Below are positions 12,975 through 24,858 of a stretch of 64,000 bases of DNA, piece after piece. The notes beneath the pieces are model-generated. The model saw only the letters and a program-made list of their open reading frames with translations. It made no database searches and was not told where the DNA came from. How positions within the stretch are numbered: position 1 is the first letter of the stretch; every line of letters starts with the position of its first letter. Position numbers and translations under genes: made by a program. Source of the DNA: Glycera tridactyla (Eukaryota); assembly GCA_965644265.1 (NCBI GenBank), contig OZ286465.1, positions 62,124,001-62,188,000 of the forward strand. The letters are read 5' to 3'.

Positions 12975-14466
12975 TGATCATGGATTGTATCCTGACAACA
13001 TCTGCGACCACGTTTGGCAGGTATTGCTGGACACGATTACCTTTTGGTCTAAAGGTCAGCAGTGAAATCTTTCAGAAGCGCCTTCATCGGGCTTTGGAGG
13101 GCCTCAGCAGTGTTCATTGTGTTGCTGATGATGTCATGATGAGCATGACATTTGAATGACCAGATTCTTGAAGCGTTTCTCTGAACTCAACATAAAGCTT
13201 AACAAGGATAAGTGTCAGTTGCGTGTACCTGAAATAAGCTTTCTTGGCCATGTAGTGGGTGAAGATGGCCTCAATTCAGATCCCGGTAAGGTTGAGGCCA
13301 TCTTGAAGATGGGTAGGCCTGAGAACAAGGAGGCTGCCGAGTGTCTAATGGGCATGGTCAGTTTTCTATCCAAATTTGTTCTGAAACTAACTGACATGGC
13401 ACGGTGTTTACTGGTGCTGGGGTCCTTTGCAGGAGAATGCTGAAAAAAGATGCTGACAGCGGCACCAGTTCTGGCTTTCTTCGACCTCAATAAGCCTCTT
13501 GTTGTACAGTGTGATGCTAGTGGAGGTGGTCTTGGGGCTGGCCGTCTTCAAGAAAACCACCCTCTTGCGTATGCTTGCCAAGCTTCGAGTGACACTGAAT
13601 CCCGATATTCGATCATAGAAAAGGAGATGCTGGCCATTGTCTTTGCTCTGAAGTGGCATCAATTCACTTATGGGCATCCCGATACTGTCCACACAGATCA
13701 CAAACCACTGGTCCGCAAACCACTAGACCGGGCACCAAAGCGTCCATAAGGCATGCTCCTTCGAGCTCTTGCATACAATATTGATGTCAACTATGTGGAG
13801 GGTAAGATGTTTCTTGCTGACACGTTGAGTTGTGCCTACCCACTTTGTGACATGAGTGATCTGAGTCAGTCTGAATTTGAGTCAGTGAATGCTATCTTAT
13901 ACCTGCCTATAAGGACTGATGAGCTGAAGAAGATTCATGTTGCCACTGAAAATCCGCAACCCCAAAGAAACTCTGATCAGTCATGAGTTACCTGCTAGAC
14001 CTTGGCAAAAAGTTGGGAGTCATTATATGACATTATATGACGAGGACTACCTCATTACCACAGATTATCGATCTAACTTCTGGGAAATCGATTTCCTTTC
14101 AGACATGTTGGTGAACTCTAATCAGCAAACTGAAGGCACGTTTCGCCAGATATGGGATTCCGGATTGTGTCGTCAGTGACAATGGGTCACAATTCGATTG
14201 CCAGGATTCCAGGCATTTTGCTGTGAAATATGGTTTTGAACACACCCCAAGTTTGCCACATTATAGTTACTTAAATGGCAAGGCTGAATCTTCAATTGAA
14301 TCAGCCAAACGTATGATCAGAAAGTGAAGAAAATCTGGTGATGACCAATACCTCATGCTATTGAGTATTAGAAACACCTCAACCCAGGGCGTGGATTCGA
14401 GTCCAGCTCAGCGCCTGTTTGGGAGATGTACTGAAACGACTGTGCCAATTGCGACAAGTTTGCTTG
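12975..14466 (+). pseudogene. Degraded Gypsy pol (RT, RNase H, integrase)
   Basis: TTFGRYCWTRLPFGLKVSSEIFQKR, CVADD, KLNKDKC..ISFLGHV; QCDAS.GGLG, RYSIIEKEMLAIVFA, TDHKPL; PWQKVG, SDNGSQF, NGKAES, SPAQRLFGR; multiple stops and frameshifts. Confidence 0.93.
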
Positions 14467-15556
14467 CACTGCATGAAATATGGCGTTTACTTTGTAAACT
14501 GGAGTACTTATACCCCATGTTGACATCATGTACCAAGTTTAAGTGAAGTTTAAGTCACATTTTACATGGAAGTTTAAGTGATTCAGTTTACATGATGTTT
14601 AGATGGAATTTAATTTCAAGTTTACTAAGTTTACATGATGTTTCATATATCTTCACTGTCAAACACAGTTTACTTCCATGTAAACTGATACACATTTTAC
14701 CCAGTTGACCCAAGACAAAGGTTCTCAGAAGATTTCAACCAATCATGATCGGTCTTTGTATGGACCCTATTTATCTCAGAATATAATCCTTTTTTTTCGT
14801 GAACCGGTGACATATGTGCAGAGACAATATTTCAGGGATATTTGACCATTTATACAGTCAATCCTGTCTTAAGAGATCACTCTTGTTTGCATCAAAAAGT
14901 GGTCTTTGTTGACAGGTGGTCTTTGAAGAGAGGTTGTTTACTGTTGGAAATAAAATCATGTTTGAGGGATAAGGTGGTCTTTGCAAGCAGGTGACCTTTG
15001 TATGGAGACAGTGTCTAGAGTGAGTTCAAATGTTTGTGAAGTACACCAGGGTAACAGAATCGATTGCATAAGAATTGGAATGTAGGTGAACTGTTTGACC
15101 TCTGGTTTTCCCCAGCTCAGTGCTCATGCCCTAGGGCCTGTTTCACCATAATAATGAGAACTGATTATTAGGACTGAATTCATAGGAATTGATATCGGGA
15201 TATTCTGATATACCATAGCAAGTAGGATTGCATGAGTTTGAGAGGTATTTCTACAAAATAGTGAAATGGGCCCTAGCCTTGACACCCTATCATAAACAGC
15301 TACCCCCAGACACTGTTCATTCATGAAAGTCAGTTGACCACCTACACCATCACTTCCATGGAGTACTTCAAGGATACAACTTCGAACTCTGATGGGAATA
15401 TCAAGTCCTTCAATTTTTTCATTGCTGTCTTTCTGCCTGCCTCTCTGTATTTTCTGTCTTCTCTGTCTGTCTTCTCTGTCTGTCTGTCTGTCTGTCTGAA
15501 TGATTTTGTCTATCAGTCTGCATTTCATATTTTCCCTTACCCTGTCAAACTTTCCT

Positions 15557-15595
<39 letters not shown>

Positions 15596-16760
15596 TGCTT
15601 TTCTTTTTTCTCNNNNNNNNNNNNNNNNNNNNNNNNNNNNNNNNNNNNNNNNNNNNNNNNNNNNNNNNNNNNNNNNNNNNNNNNNNNNNNNNNNNNNNNN
15701 NNNNNNNNNNNNNNNNNNNNNNNNNNNNNNNNNNNNNNNNNNNNNNNNNNNNNNNNNNNNNNNNNNNNNNNNNNNNNNNNNNNNNNNNNNNNNNNNNNNN
15801 NNNNNNNNNNNNNNNNNNNNNNNNNNNNNNNNNNNNNNNNNNNNNNNNNNNNNNNNNNNNNNNNNNNNNNNNNNNNNNNNNNNNNNNNNNNNNNNNNNNN
15901 TCTCTCCATCCATCTCTATCTATCTATGTCTATCTATCTAATCTTTCTTTTTTCTCATTCCTTTCTTTCCTCATATCTTCTTTNNNNNNNNNNNNNNNNN
16001 NNNNNNNNNNNNNNNNNNNNNNNNNNNNNNNNNNNNNNNNNNNNNNNNNNNNNNNNNNNNNNNNNNNNNNNNNNNNNNNNNNNNNNNNNNNNNNNNNNNN
16101 NNNNNNNNNNNNNNNNNNNNNNNNNNNNNNNNNNNNNNNNNNNNNNNNNNNNNNNNNNNNNNNNNNNNNNNNNNNNNNNNNNNNNNNNNNNNNNNNNNNN
16201 NNNNNNNNNNNNNNNNNNNNNNNNNNNNNNNNNNNNNCCCTCCATCTGTCTGTCACACTGCTAACCCTTCACAATGGAATTTACTGAATAAAATCAAATG
16301 AGGATACTTAATGTAAAATGTATATAATTATGTATACTGACTCAGTATACATCATGTATAAGTGGGTAAAAGTCGAAAGTTTCTCACAAAAAAGTATATT
16401 TCAACAAAAATTGTGCATGGTTACATCATTGACTGGCATCTGATATGCCTTTTGGAAGGGTCCTGAAAACTAGAAAATAGGTAAATTTAATTTTGTAAAC
16501 TGACAAGTTTACATCATGTAAACTTAAGATTTACTGCAAACAGTATACTCAGTATATATGATGTATACTTGATGTAAACTGTCATACTTATACCCAAGTA
16601 AATTTGGTCCTTTACTGACACAGTAAATCCCAAGTATACCCCAAGTAAACTCCATGTAAAAGTTGACCCAGTTTACATAATTTTACACCAGTTTACATCA
16701 TGTTTACTTGAGATTTAATTTGGGTTTACTGCACAAGTAAACCCCAAATTTCATGCAGTG
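14467..16760. mobile_element. Non-autonomous CACTA/EnSpm-like DNA transposon, copy 1, inserted in the Gypsy integrase
   Basis: TIR CACTGCATGAAAT...ATTTCATGCAGTG; 3-bp TSD TTG (14464-14466 / 16761-16763); subterminal GTTTACATGATG-type repeats; minus-strand EVKQFTYIPILMQSIL at about 15105-15055. Confidence 0.88.
15613..15900. other. Assembly gap (N run); others at 15984-16237, 22693-22961, 36695-36879, 37156-37328, 38348-38634
   Basis: N runs, mostly adjoining simple-repeat or repeat-element sequence. Confidence 0.99.
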
Positions 16761-16925
16761 TTGGTCATGAGTCTGTTCACCCCAAATTGGACACAGTACA
16801 CCGCAGAAACAGCAGCGACAAGCTAATTACTACAACTGAAGCGCACATGATCTTTCAGAACTGATGGCTGATGAGGTGGTGCACATGCAACCTTTCAAAC
16901 TGGGTGAGAAGTCTTGGCATAAATT
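16761..16925 (+). pseudogene. Integrase C-terminal continuation of the Gypsy pol after the CACTA insertion
   Basis: ADEVVHMQPFKLGEKSWHK resembles the GD.VRM.P..LG.K.W.K tail of this Gypsy group. Confidence 0.7.
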
Positions 16926-16948
16926 TCTTTTATGGTGAGTGTGTGTAT

Positions 16949-17086
16949 TGTAAGCAGACATCTTGAAGAGTAGCTCACGGAGCCGCCTCTCTATGATCCG
17001 AGAGCACAGGGAGCAGTCGGTATTTCATGCATACTAATGAGGGGGGGGGGACTCAGTGAGCGACATTGTCACATCCTCCCTCTTCC
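16949..17086 (-). mobile_element. Inverted 3' LTR (16949-17073) with PPT (17074-17086)
   Basis: Minus strand reads GGAAGAGGGAGGA|TGTGACAATG...GCTTACA|ATACA. Confidence 0.75.
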
Positions 17087-17399
17087 GAAGGGAGGCCATG
17101 TTGCCTGTATTATGTCCCTGCATGATCGCTTGGTTTCGCGACGGCATCAACTCTGTGGGGAATGTCCCTCATGTCCCACATGATGGTTCCAAATGACCCA
17201 ACAATCCATTGTCGCATTGTGTAGCCTCAATGTCCATGTATGCAACAACTATGAACAATGCTTATCCACAATATGTTCACTGATCATCCGACAACTATGA
17301 TAATTTGCATGATCCCTTCCATCGCACACATGGAATTACCTCCATTGTAAAAATCGAGGAGAAACATTAAAAAAAAATAAAGCCGGAATTAGTAGCAGG

Positions 17400-18110
17400 A
17401 AATGTCTTGTGATTGTCACATAAACATCAGGAAAGGGAAAACTTGCAGAGTCTGGAATGTCTAACACCCCTCTGATGGAGTAACTGAAGAACGAAACAAA
17501 ATGGCGAGTCTAAAATATGTACATTAATCACTGTTCACAGGGGACAGTCACTAGGGCATTGGTGCATTCACATTGACATCAGATAATCCCCAAACCTGCT
17601 GGGAAGCATCGTACTACGACTCTTTCAAGGGTTTGACTTGACCACCGACTGATGTTCTGTGGTCGATTTTGAGGCAGCCACGGATTTGTCATGAACACTG
17701 TGTCTCTGAACCAAAGCGTGAGCTGTGAATCGATGCTCCACGTTTGCTTTCTGATCAGGAAGTACCTCTGCAGGTAATGAGGTAGTCCTCGTAGTCTCCT
17801 CCCTGTTCAGATTAGCAAAAAGGAAGGTCTTAACTGAATATAACAGGTAATCATCCATGTACGACAAGCGCAAATCGACCTTACATAAAATGTACAACGA
17901 GAAGATACCATATATGCCCTAGCCATCAGAAATTGAGAACTGCAGCAATTAGCAAATGTCACTGATGGATTTGTCGACTCTTTCACACAAATGATTCACA
18001 TTTTGGCCAATGGAATCATATACACCAAAGAGTCCACCCCATCTATCCTACCAAAAGTAATGAAAGAGATTTGATAATGCACGACTTGGAAAGCAGAATA
18101 CACGTTTTCA
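17400..18110 (-). pseudogene. DIRS-like retroelement RT/RNase H remnant
   Basis: HYQISFITFG (YQF..LPFG-like), LRLSYMDDYLL, YDASQQVWG (TDAS..GWG), INV, CDN in order. Confidence 0.5.
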
Positions 18111-18188
18111 AATGTAACAGATTTACTCATTGGCTGAGTCAGTCAAGCTTAGAGCTGACATCCGGTCAAGCATCCACGCCGAGGCAGT

Positions 18189-20458
18189 TGTGAGGTCGTA
18201 TTCCTCACTTGGGGATCGAGTCAATCTCTGGATAGGCTATAGTGAGAGGTTAGATGAGATAGTGTCCATATATGAAGCACTGGTTATCCTGATGATACTT
18301 AGAATTCAATAAGGTATAACTCCAACAAGTAGTCCTGGCAACATCTTACTCCTTTATTGGTACATAGTAATGCATGGTATACAATAGCTATGCCCAATAC
18401 TGCTGGAGGCTGAGGGATGATGGAGAGAGGTGTGGATGCTCCTAGCCCCAGATCCCAAGTGTGCCCATCTCCAAAAAGGCTCCCATCTTATAGTGAGGTC
18501 CTACCCCCATCATCATCCATTGCTCACAGCAGTAATGGGCTTACCCAGATAGATTACTATAAGCTGACATGCTTTGATGACTGTTGATTAGAGTGGTGTC
18601 AGCCCTCAGATGTCAAGTGGATGACATTGCTCATTGAGCCGCTCAACGCCCCCCTGACACTGACATTGCTCATTGAACTGCTCGACAGCTCCGACAAGTT
18701 GTGATTGTTGTTGTTGTACGGTGTCTGTCAACGACTTTAATGAACGTTATAAGTCCATTCGGCGCTGAATGATGGGGTGGAGGTTGTTGTCTACATGAAG
18801 AATAGATGAATCCACTGGTGATGTCGGTTGTGATGCGCTAATCCTTGTGGCGATTTTGTTGATTTCTTCTAAAGTCTCTGCACCCACGAACCAGATTTGG
18901 TTCTGTATTGTCTTCGGGAAGCCTGGTCGCATGAACGATATGAGTGATTCTTCCTGTGATTCAGTCAAATGATCTGAAGCAGGCACTTGGAATGCGTCCA
19001 TGAAGAGTTGTGTGGCTCTTAACACGTAATCCTTGGTAGATTCTGTAGGTAATTGGCGAAGAAAGTTCAACTCTCTACGAGCAGACTCTAAATCTCTAGG
19101 AGAAAGGCCAAATTGTGACAGGAAGGCGTCACGTAGTGTATCAAGTGATTGTTTTTGTTCATTATGTAGGCGAATAGCCCATTTCTGAACTACTGGATCT
19201 TCCAAATGTCTACAGAATATGGGGAACACGTCATCTGGCTGTACACATTCTTCTTGGCAGGTTGCCTCGAAAATTTCCCACCAAGCTGTGGCATCTAATT
19301 TTCTAGTAAAAGACTTGACTTTTACCTTGTTGATTTTGGATTGTCTGGAAGTATCCGTATTCAGCTGCGTGGCTGCAGCAAGAGTCTCCAGCAGTTGTTT
19401 ATATAAAGCATCCATCTGGGTGTTGTTTGCTGATGTTGAAGCTGTTGGTTGGGTGTGTGGTCGATCATCCCCCATGGTGTTATCTGGGTTGTCGCCACTC
19501 CCGATGATGATATTGGCGTGCGTAACACAGCACTTCGAGATGTCCATGTGACTGTTGGTAATCCTGGCAGAAGCGTGGGCTGCCTTTCCGACAAGTGGCG
19601 TCATCTCAGTGTAGCCAGCAAAATCAGAGACTCCCTGTTCATGTATACCTGATGGCGTTATTCCCGGCGTGAGTGTCGGCGTTTATATAGATGTGCACTA
19701 AGATGATTTAAAACAGCAGCATTACGTGTGACAGCTGGTGATCTGGCAGAAGCGTAGGCCGATTATCTAATATGAAGAGCCGACAGCGTTACTCTCGGCA
19801 TGAGTATCACTGTGCTCCTTGACTTACGTATGACAGTTGGTAGTTCCGGCAAAAGCATAGGTATCCATTCCTAAGTTCGTAGTCTGTTTCTCACAAGAGA
19901 GTATGGTGACTCTCTGCTTATCAAGCCCGGATTCTAATCACCATTCATGTGTGAGGTCGTATTCCTCACTTAAGGATCAAGTCAATCTCTGGATAGACTA
20001 TAGTGAGAGATCAGATGAGATAGTGTCCATATATGAAGCACTGGTTATCCTGATGATACTTAGAATTCAATAAGGTATAACTCCAACAAGTAGTCCTGGC
20101 AACATCTTACTCCTTTATTGGTACATAGTAATGCATGGTATACAATAGCTATGCCCAATACTGCTGGAGGCTGGGGGATGATGGAGAGAGGTGTGGATGC
20201 TCCTAGCCCCAGATCCCAAGTGTGCCCATCTCCAAAAAGGCTCCCATCTTATAGTGAGGTCCTACCCCCATCATCATCCATTGCTCACAGCAGTAATGGG
20301 CTTACCCAGATAGATTACTATAAGCTGACATGCTTTGATGACTGTTGATTAGAGTGGTGTTCGCCCTCAGATGTCAAGTGGATGACATTGCTCATTGAGC
20401 CGCTCAACGCCCCCTGACACTGACATTGCTCATTGAGCCGCTCAATGCCCCCCTGACA
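18189..20458 (-). mobile_element. Internally deleted LTR retrotransposon (LTR 19950-20458, 5' UTR, gag half, LTR 18189-18676)
   Basis: Termini TGTCAGG...CCTCACA; flanks cagt/cagg (possible 4-bp TSD, 1 mismatch); 18674-20497 is a close direct copy of 32018-33802. Confidence 0.85.
18747..19604 (-). CDS. Gypsy gag N-terminal/capsid ORF (285 aa)
   Basis: WWEIFE, LRDAFLSQF, LNFLRQLPTESTKDYVLR are retrotransposon-gag-like motifs; nearly identical to the gag at 32090-32947. Confidence 0.8.
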   Translation of the reverse strand: MTPLVGKAAHASARITNSHMDISKCCVTHANIIIGSGDNPDNTMGDDRPHTQPTASTSANNTQMDALYKQLLETLAAATQLNTDTSRQSKINKVKVKSFTRKLDATAWWEIFEATCQEECVQPDDVFPIFCRHLEDPVVQKWAIRLHNEQKQSLDTLRDAFLSQFGLSPRDLESARRELNFLRQLPTESTKDYVLRATQLFMDAFQVPASDHLTESQEESLISFMRPGFPKTIQNQIWFVGAETLEEINKIATRISASQPTSPVDSSILHVDNNLHPIIQRRMDL

Positions 20459-21239
20459 CAGGTGGCAGGTGAGCAGCGATCACCAAATCCGCCGCTAATT
20501 GAGCACCGATGCGGGCGCTACTAGTGATCGCCATATCGGCGGTTTTTCGCGATCCGACATATATGGGTCCGTTTTACCAAAATTTGGACCCGAAATTGGA
20601 ATTTTTGGAAAAAATTTGGACTATAAAAATGTATGTACATTCAGATGTTGGAGAAACAATCTTGGAAGATCTATACATCCAGTCATGAAAATGTCGAGAT
20701 ACCAACACGACACTGAAAATCAAAAGTGACGGGAGGAAGTGAAAAAATTTGGAAGAAAAAATTATGGCAAAATTACTTTGAGGCTCAAAGTATACCTATT
20801 AATTACAATACCATACATGATGGGAGGTGCAGCACTCAAAAGGCAGACTTCTTATAGACAGTGTCATGTGGAGGTATGAAACCTCCTAAGCCTAGGATGT
20901 TTCTATGGACACAAGGTCGAAGTACAATGGTCTAGCATTTATCAAAATTTCACAATCGCACAGCAATACACAAAACACAAAAAAAGGCATAGGAAATCAT
21001 GAGATTTGAGCTGCTGAGGTTCTTCCAGCTCCGGAAGCTGTATCTATACAAACTCAGAATTCAAAACTACTAACAGAATGCTCGGTTCAATGTCAGGAAA
21101 ATAATTATATGAATAACATATATACAGGTAGTAATCCAATAACATATAGACAGGTGGTAATCTAGCTAAGCAGTAAATCTTCATTGTCCAACATGGATGT
21201 ATATCGACAAATCAGGAAATTACACCTCAAGATCACAAT

Positions 21240-22150
21240 GGGGTAGGAAGGTGGGTGGGTAGGTAGGTGGGTGGGTAAGTGGATGGATTGATAGCTTGGT
21301 AGCTGGGTGGGCAGGTGGGTGGGTGGGTGGGTAGACAAGTGGGTGGGTAGACAAGTGAGTGGGTAGATGGGTGCATAGGTGGGTGGGCGGAAGGGCAGGT
21401 AGGTGGGTGGGTAGGTCAGTGGGTGGGTAGGTAGGTGGGTGGTGGGTGGGTAGGTAGGTGGGTTGGTAGGTAGGTGGGTTGGTAGGTAGGTGGCTGGGTA
21501 GGTAGATGGATGGTTAGGTAGGTGCATGGGTAGGTGAGTGGGTGGGTAGTTGGGTGGGTAGGTGGGTGGGTAGGTGGGTGGGTAGGTGGGTGGGTAGGTG
21601 AGTGGGTGTGAAGGTGGGTGGATGGGTGGGAGGGTGGGTAAGGGGGCGGGTGGGTTGGTCAGGCAGCTGTGTGGCAGGTGGTAGGGTGTGTGGTGGGTGT
21701 GTGGTGGGTGGGCAGATGGTGGGTGGGGAGGTGGGTGGGTAGGTGGGTGGGTAGGAGAGTGAGTGAATAGGTAGGTTGGTGCAAGGGTGGGTGGGTAGGT
21801 TGGTGGGTGGGCAAGTTGGTGGTTGGGTGGCTTGGTGGGTAGGTGGGTGGGTGGGTGAGTGGGTAGGTAGGTAGGTGGGTGGGTTGGTAGGTGGGCTGGT
21901 GGGTGGGTAGGTAGCTGAGTGGGTGAGTAGGTGGTTGGGTAGTTGGGTGGGTAGCTGGGTGTGTGGGTAGCTGTGTGGGTGGGTGACTGGGTGGGTAGGT
22001 GGGTGGGTAGGAGGGCAGGTAAGGGGTGGTGGGTGGGTAGCTGGGTAGGTAGGTGGGTGGGTGGGTAGGTGGTTGAGTCAATAGGTGGTGGGTAGGTGGG
22101 TGGGTAGGTGGATGGGTGGGCAGGTGGGTGGGTAGACAGGCAGGCAGGCA
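21240..22150. repeat. G-rich (GGTG/GGTA)n simple repeat
   Basis: About 900 bp of GGTGGGTA-type units. Confidence 0.97.
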
Positions 22151-22164
22151 GGCACTCCCATCAA

Positions 22165-23090
22165 TTATGACCACCACCACCACCACCATCCCATCAACCA
22201 CCACCAACACCAACACCGTCACCACCATCCCATCACCACCATCCCATCACCACCACCTTCACCACCAACCACCACCCCATCAACCACCATTACCACCACC
22301 ACCATCCCATCAATCATTGCCGCCAATACCACCACCACCACCACCATCACCACCATCATCACCACTGCCACTTCCATCACCATCACCACCACCACCATCA
22401 CCATCACCAACACCTCCACCACCAACCACCATCCCATCAACCACCATTACCACCACCACCATCCCATCAATCATTGCCGCCAATACCACCACCACCACCA
22501 CCACCATCATCACCACTGCCACTTCCATCACCACCACCATCACCACCACTGCCTGCACCAGCACCACCACCGCCACCACCACGGTCACCACCACCGCCAC
22601 CACCACTGCCACCACCACCACCACTGCCACCACCACCGCCACCACCACCATAACCACCGCCACCACCGCCACCACCACCACCACCGTCACCCNNNNNNNN
22701 NNNNNNNNNNNNNNNNNNNNNNNNNNNNNNNNNNNNNNNNNNNNNNNNNNNNNNNNNNNNNNNNNNNNNNNNNNNNNNNNNNNNNNNNNNNNNNNNNNNN
22801 NNNNNNNNNNNNNNNNNNNNNNNNNNNNNNNNNNNNNNNNNNNNNNNNNNNNNNNNNNNNNNNNNNNNNNNNNNNNNNNNNNNNNNNNNNNNNNNNNNNN
22901 NNNNNNNNNNNNNNNNNNNNNNNNNNNNNNNNNNNNNNNNNNNNNNNNNNNNNNNNNNNNNCCGTACTCGTCGTCGTCCTCTTCGTCGTCGTCGTCGTTG
23001 TCATTGTCGTATTCGTCGTCGTGCTCCTCCTCCTCCTTCTCGTCGTCGTCGTTGTCGTCGTCATCGTTGTCGTCGTTGTTGTCTCTCTGT
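22165..23090. repeat. (CAC)n tract, gap, then (TCG)n tract
   Basis: Direct inspection. Confidence 0.95.
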
Positions 23091-24858
23091 CCCTCTTTCT
23101 CTTAAATGAAGGCAATGCATGCACGTGAGCGAACCCAACTGGGTCGTTGGCTGGAGGATCGGATATACAGAAATGAACACGGTGACCTCGCTAACCTGTA
23201 CTGACCAACACACAGGCATGCATGCCTGGCTATTCACGGTATTATAGACATTGTATACGAAGGCAAAGAGTGCTAATGGTAGCCTCGAATCCCAATTTGC
23301 TATAGTTTATTTCTTCTTTATTATTATTCCAAATGAAAATGCAATGCTAGCAACTATCTTTATGAACAGTGAACAATCACCATGAATGCCATCTCAAGAT
23401 TTGGTAGCCTGCTTCGGCTGTATAGATAGATAGTGCCAAGTGGTCAAGAGTTTCCAGCACTCTCCCTCTTCCATATCAGATTATGTGAGCCCACGAAAGT
23501 AAAAAATTTCTATACCTCTTTTCTGTATTATTGCATACAGGTGAAATAACATCCAATTCCGTTACCATGAATCAAGCAATATATTTTTTATCTATAGGAC
23601 CATACCCTACATGGTGCTCAAAATGCTGGCATTTGCCCCAACTCTGAGGACTCTTTCAATTCCAGAAAAAAATCACGGCCGTTTTGCAATCCCAGCCCCA
23701 CTACGCTCTGAATATGGAGCCGGCAAGAGCCGCCTACCATAAAAAGTGAGATCAAGAGTAACTGCCAATTCGTGATAAATTTGCACGGTGAAAACAAGCA
23801 TGGAGCCTATATAAATGCTCGACTGAGTGTTTTCAAAATGCTGACGTCAATCAGATGAGGGTTCGTTTGATAAGATGGTTGGGATGACCCACATTCTTAC
23901 CATTGAACTGTCAACCGGTCTGCGCACTGGCCGTGCATTACAGGCATTGACTGTTACACAGGCAGCGAATTTTGGTTCATCACTTCAGTTTGAAACCAAA
24001 ACCGTGTCTGATACTCTACTCTGATTAAGTGAATCGAGCTGTTACTGAACTGTGTGATTCCAGAGATACACATTACTATCAAACTGGGAGGTATTCCTCT
24101 TCTCCCGAACCTTGTGGGTTACTCTGCCAGTTGCCAGTGTGCATGGTCATTTTAGACTGTACAATGGTATCCTGAAACTTTGGTCACGTAGACACCTTGT
24201 GAGAAGAATATAAAACCGGCTTTCATGAATAAAAGCAAAGGGAAATGTACAGCATGTTACAGGACGCCGATATCACCATATGAAGTATTGCAAGAATCAG
24301 AAAAGCAATTGGAAAAAAAAGGAGACACATACATAGAATATCATGATCACAAGTAGTTATGTGTCTTGTAATTGAGACAACTTCAAATAATGTGGGTACG
24401 TGGTGACAATTGTGGACAGTGTCTGTGTGTGTTCATAGTGCGAGTGCATTGGTGGCGATATTCAACAAACATAATGTAGCCCAGATGTTTGATGTGTCAT
24501 TAGTACAATCGGCTAGATATATCATTGTAATTAGTGGTGGTGTTAGTTGTTCAGATAAGCTCTCAAGACGGTAGTTGGAATCTTATCTTCATAGAGCAAT
24601 TTTTCTTGTTTCTGATTGCGTATCTTACACCGATATTGGGTTCTTATTCCCATTTTGCGCGTTCTCAATATTCTCGTCACCAGTAAAGTTGGTTTCAATA
24701 AACGTGGTAGTTGTTTTTTTGTTGTTGGGGGTTCAACGTCACGTCAGTTCCATGCGGGCTATGTTGTGACGCCCCTGCAATGGGCATGGGTGGGATCATT
24801 CAAGACTCCTCCTTTTGGATCCCCAACAGAGACGAAAATTTATGAAATTCACAGACAC

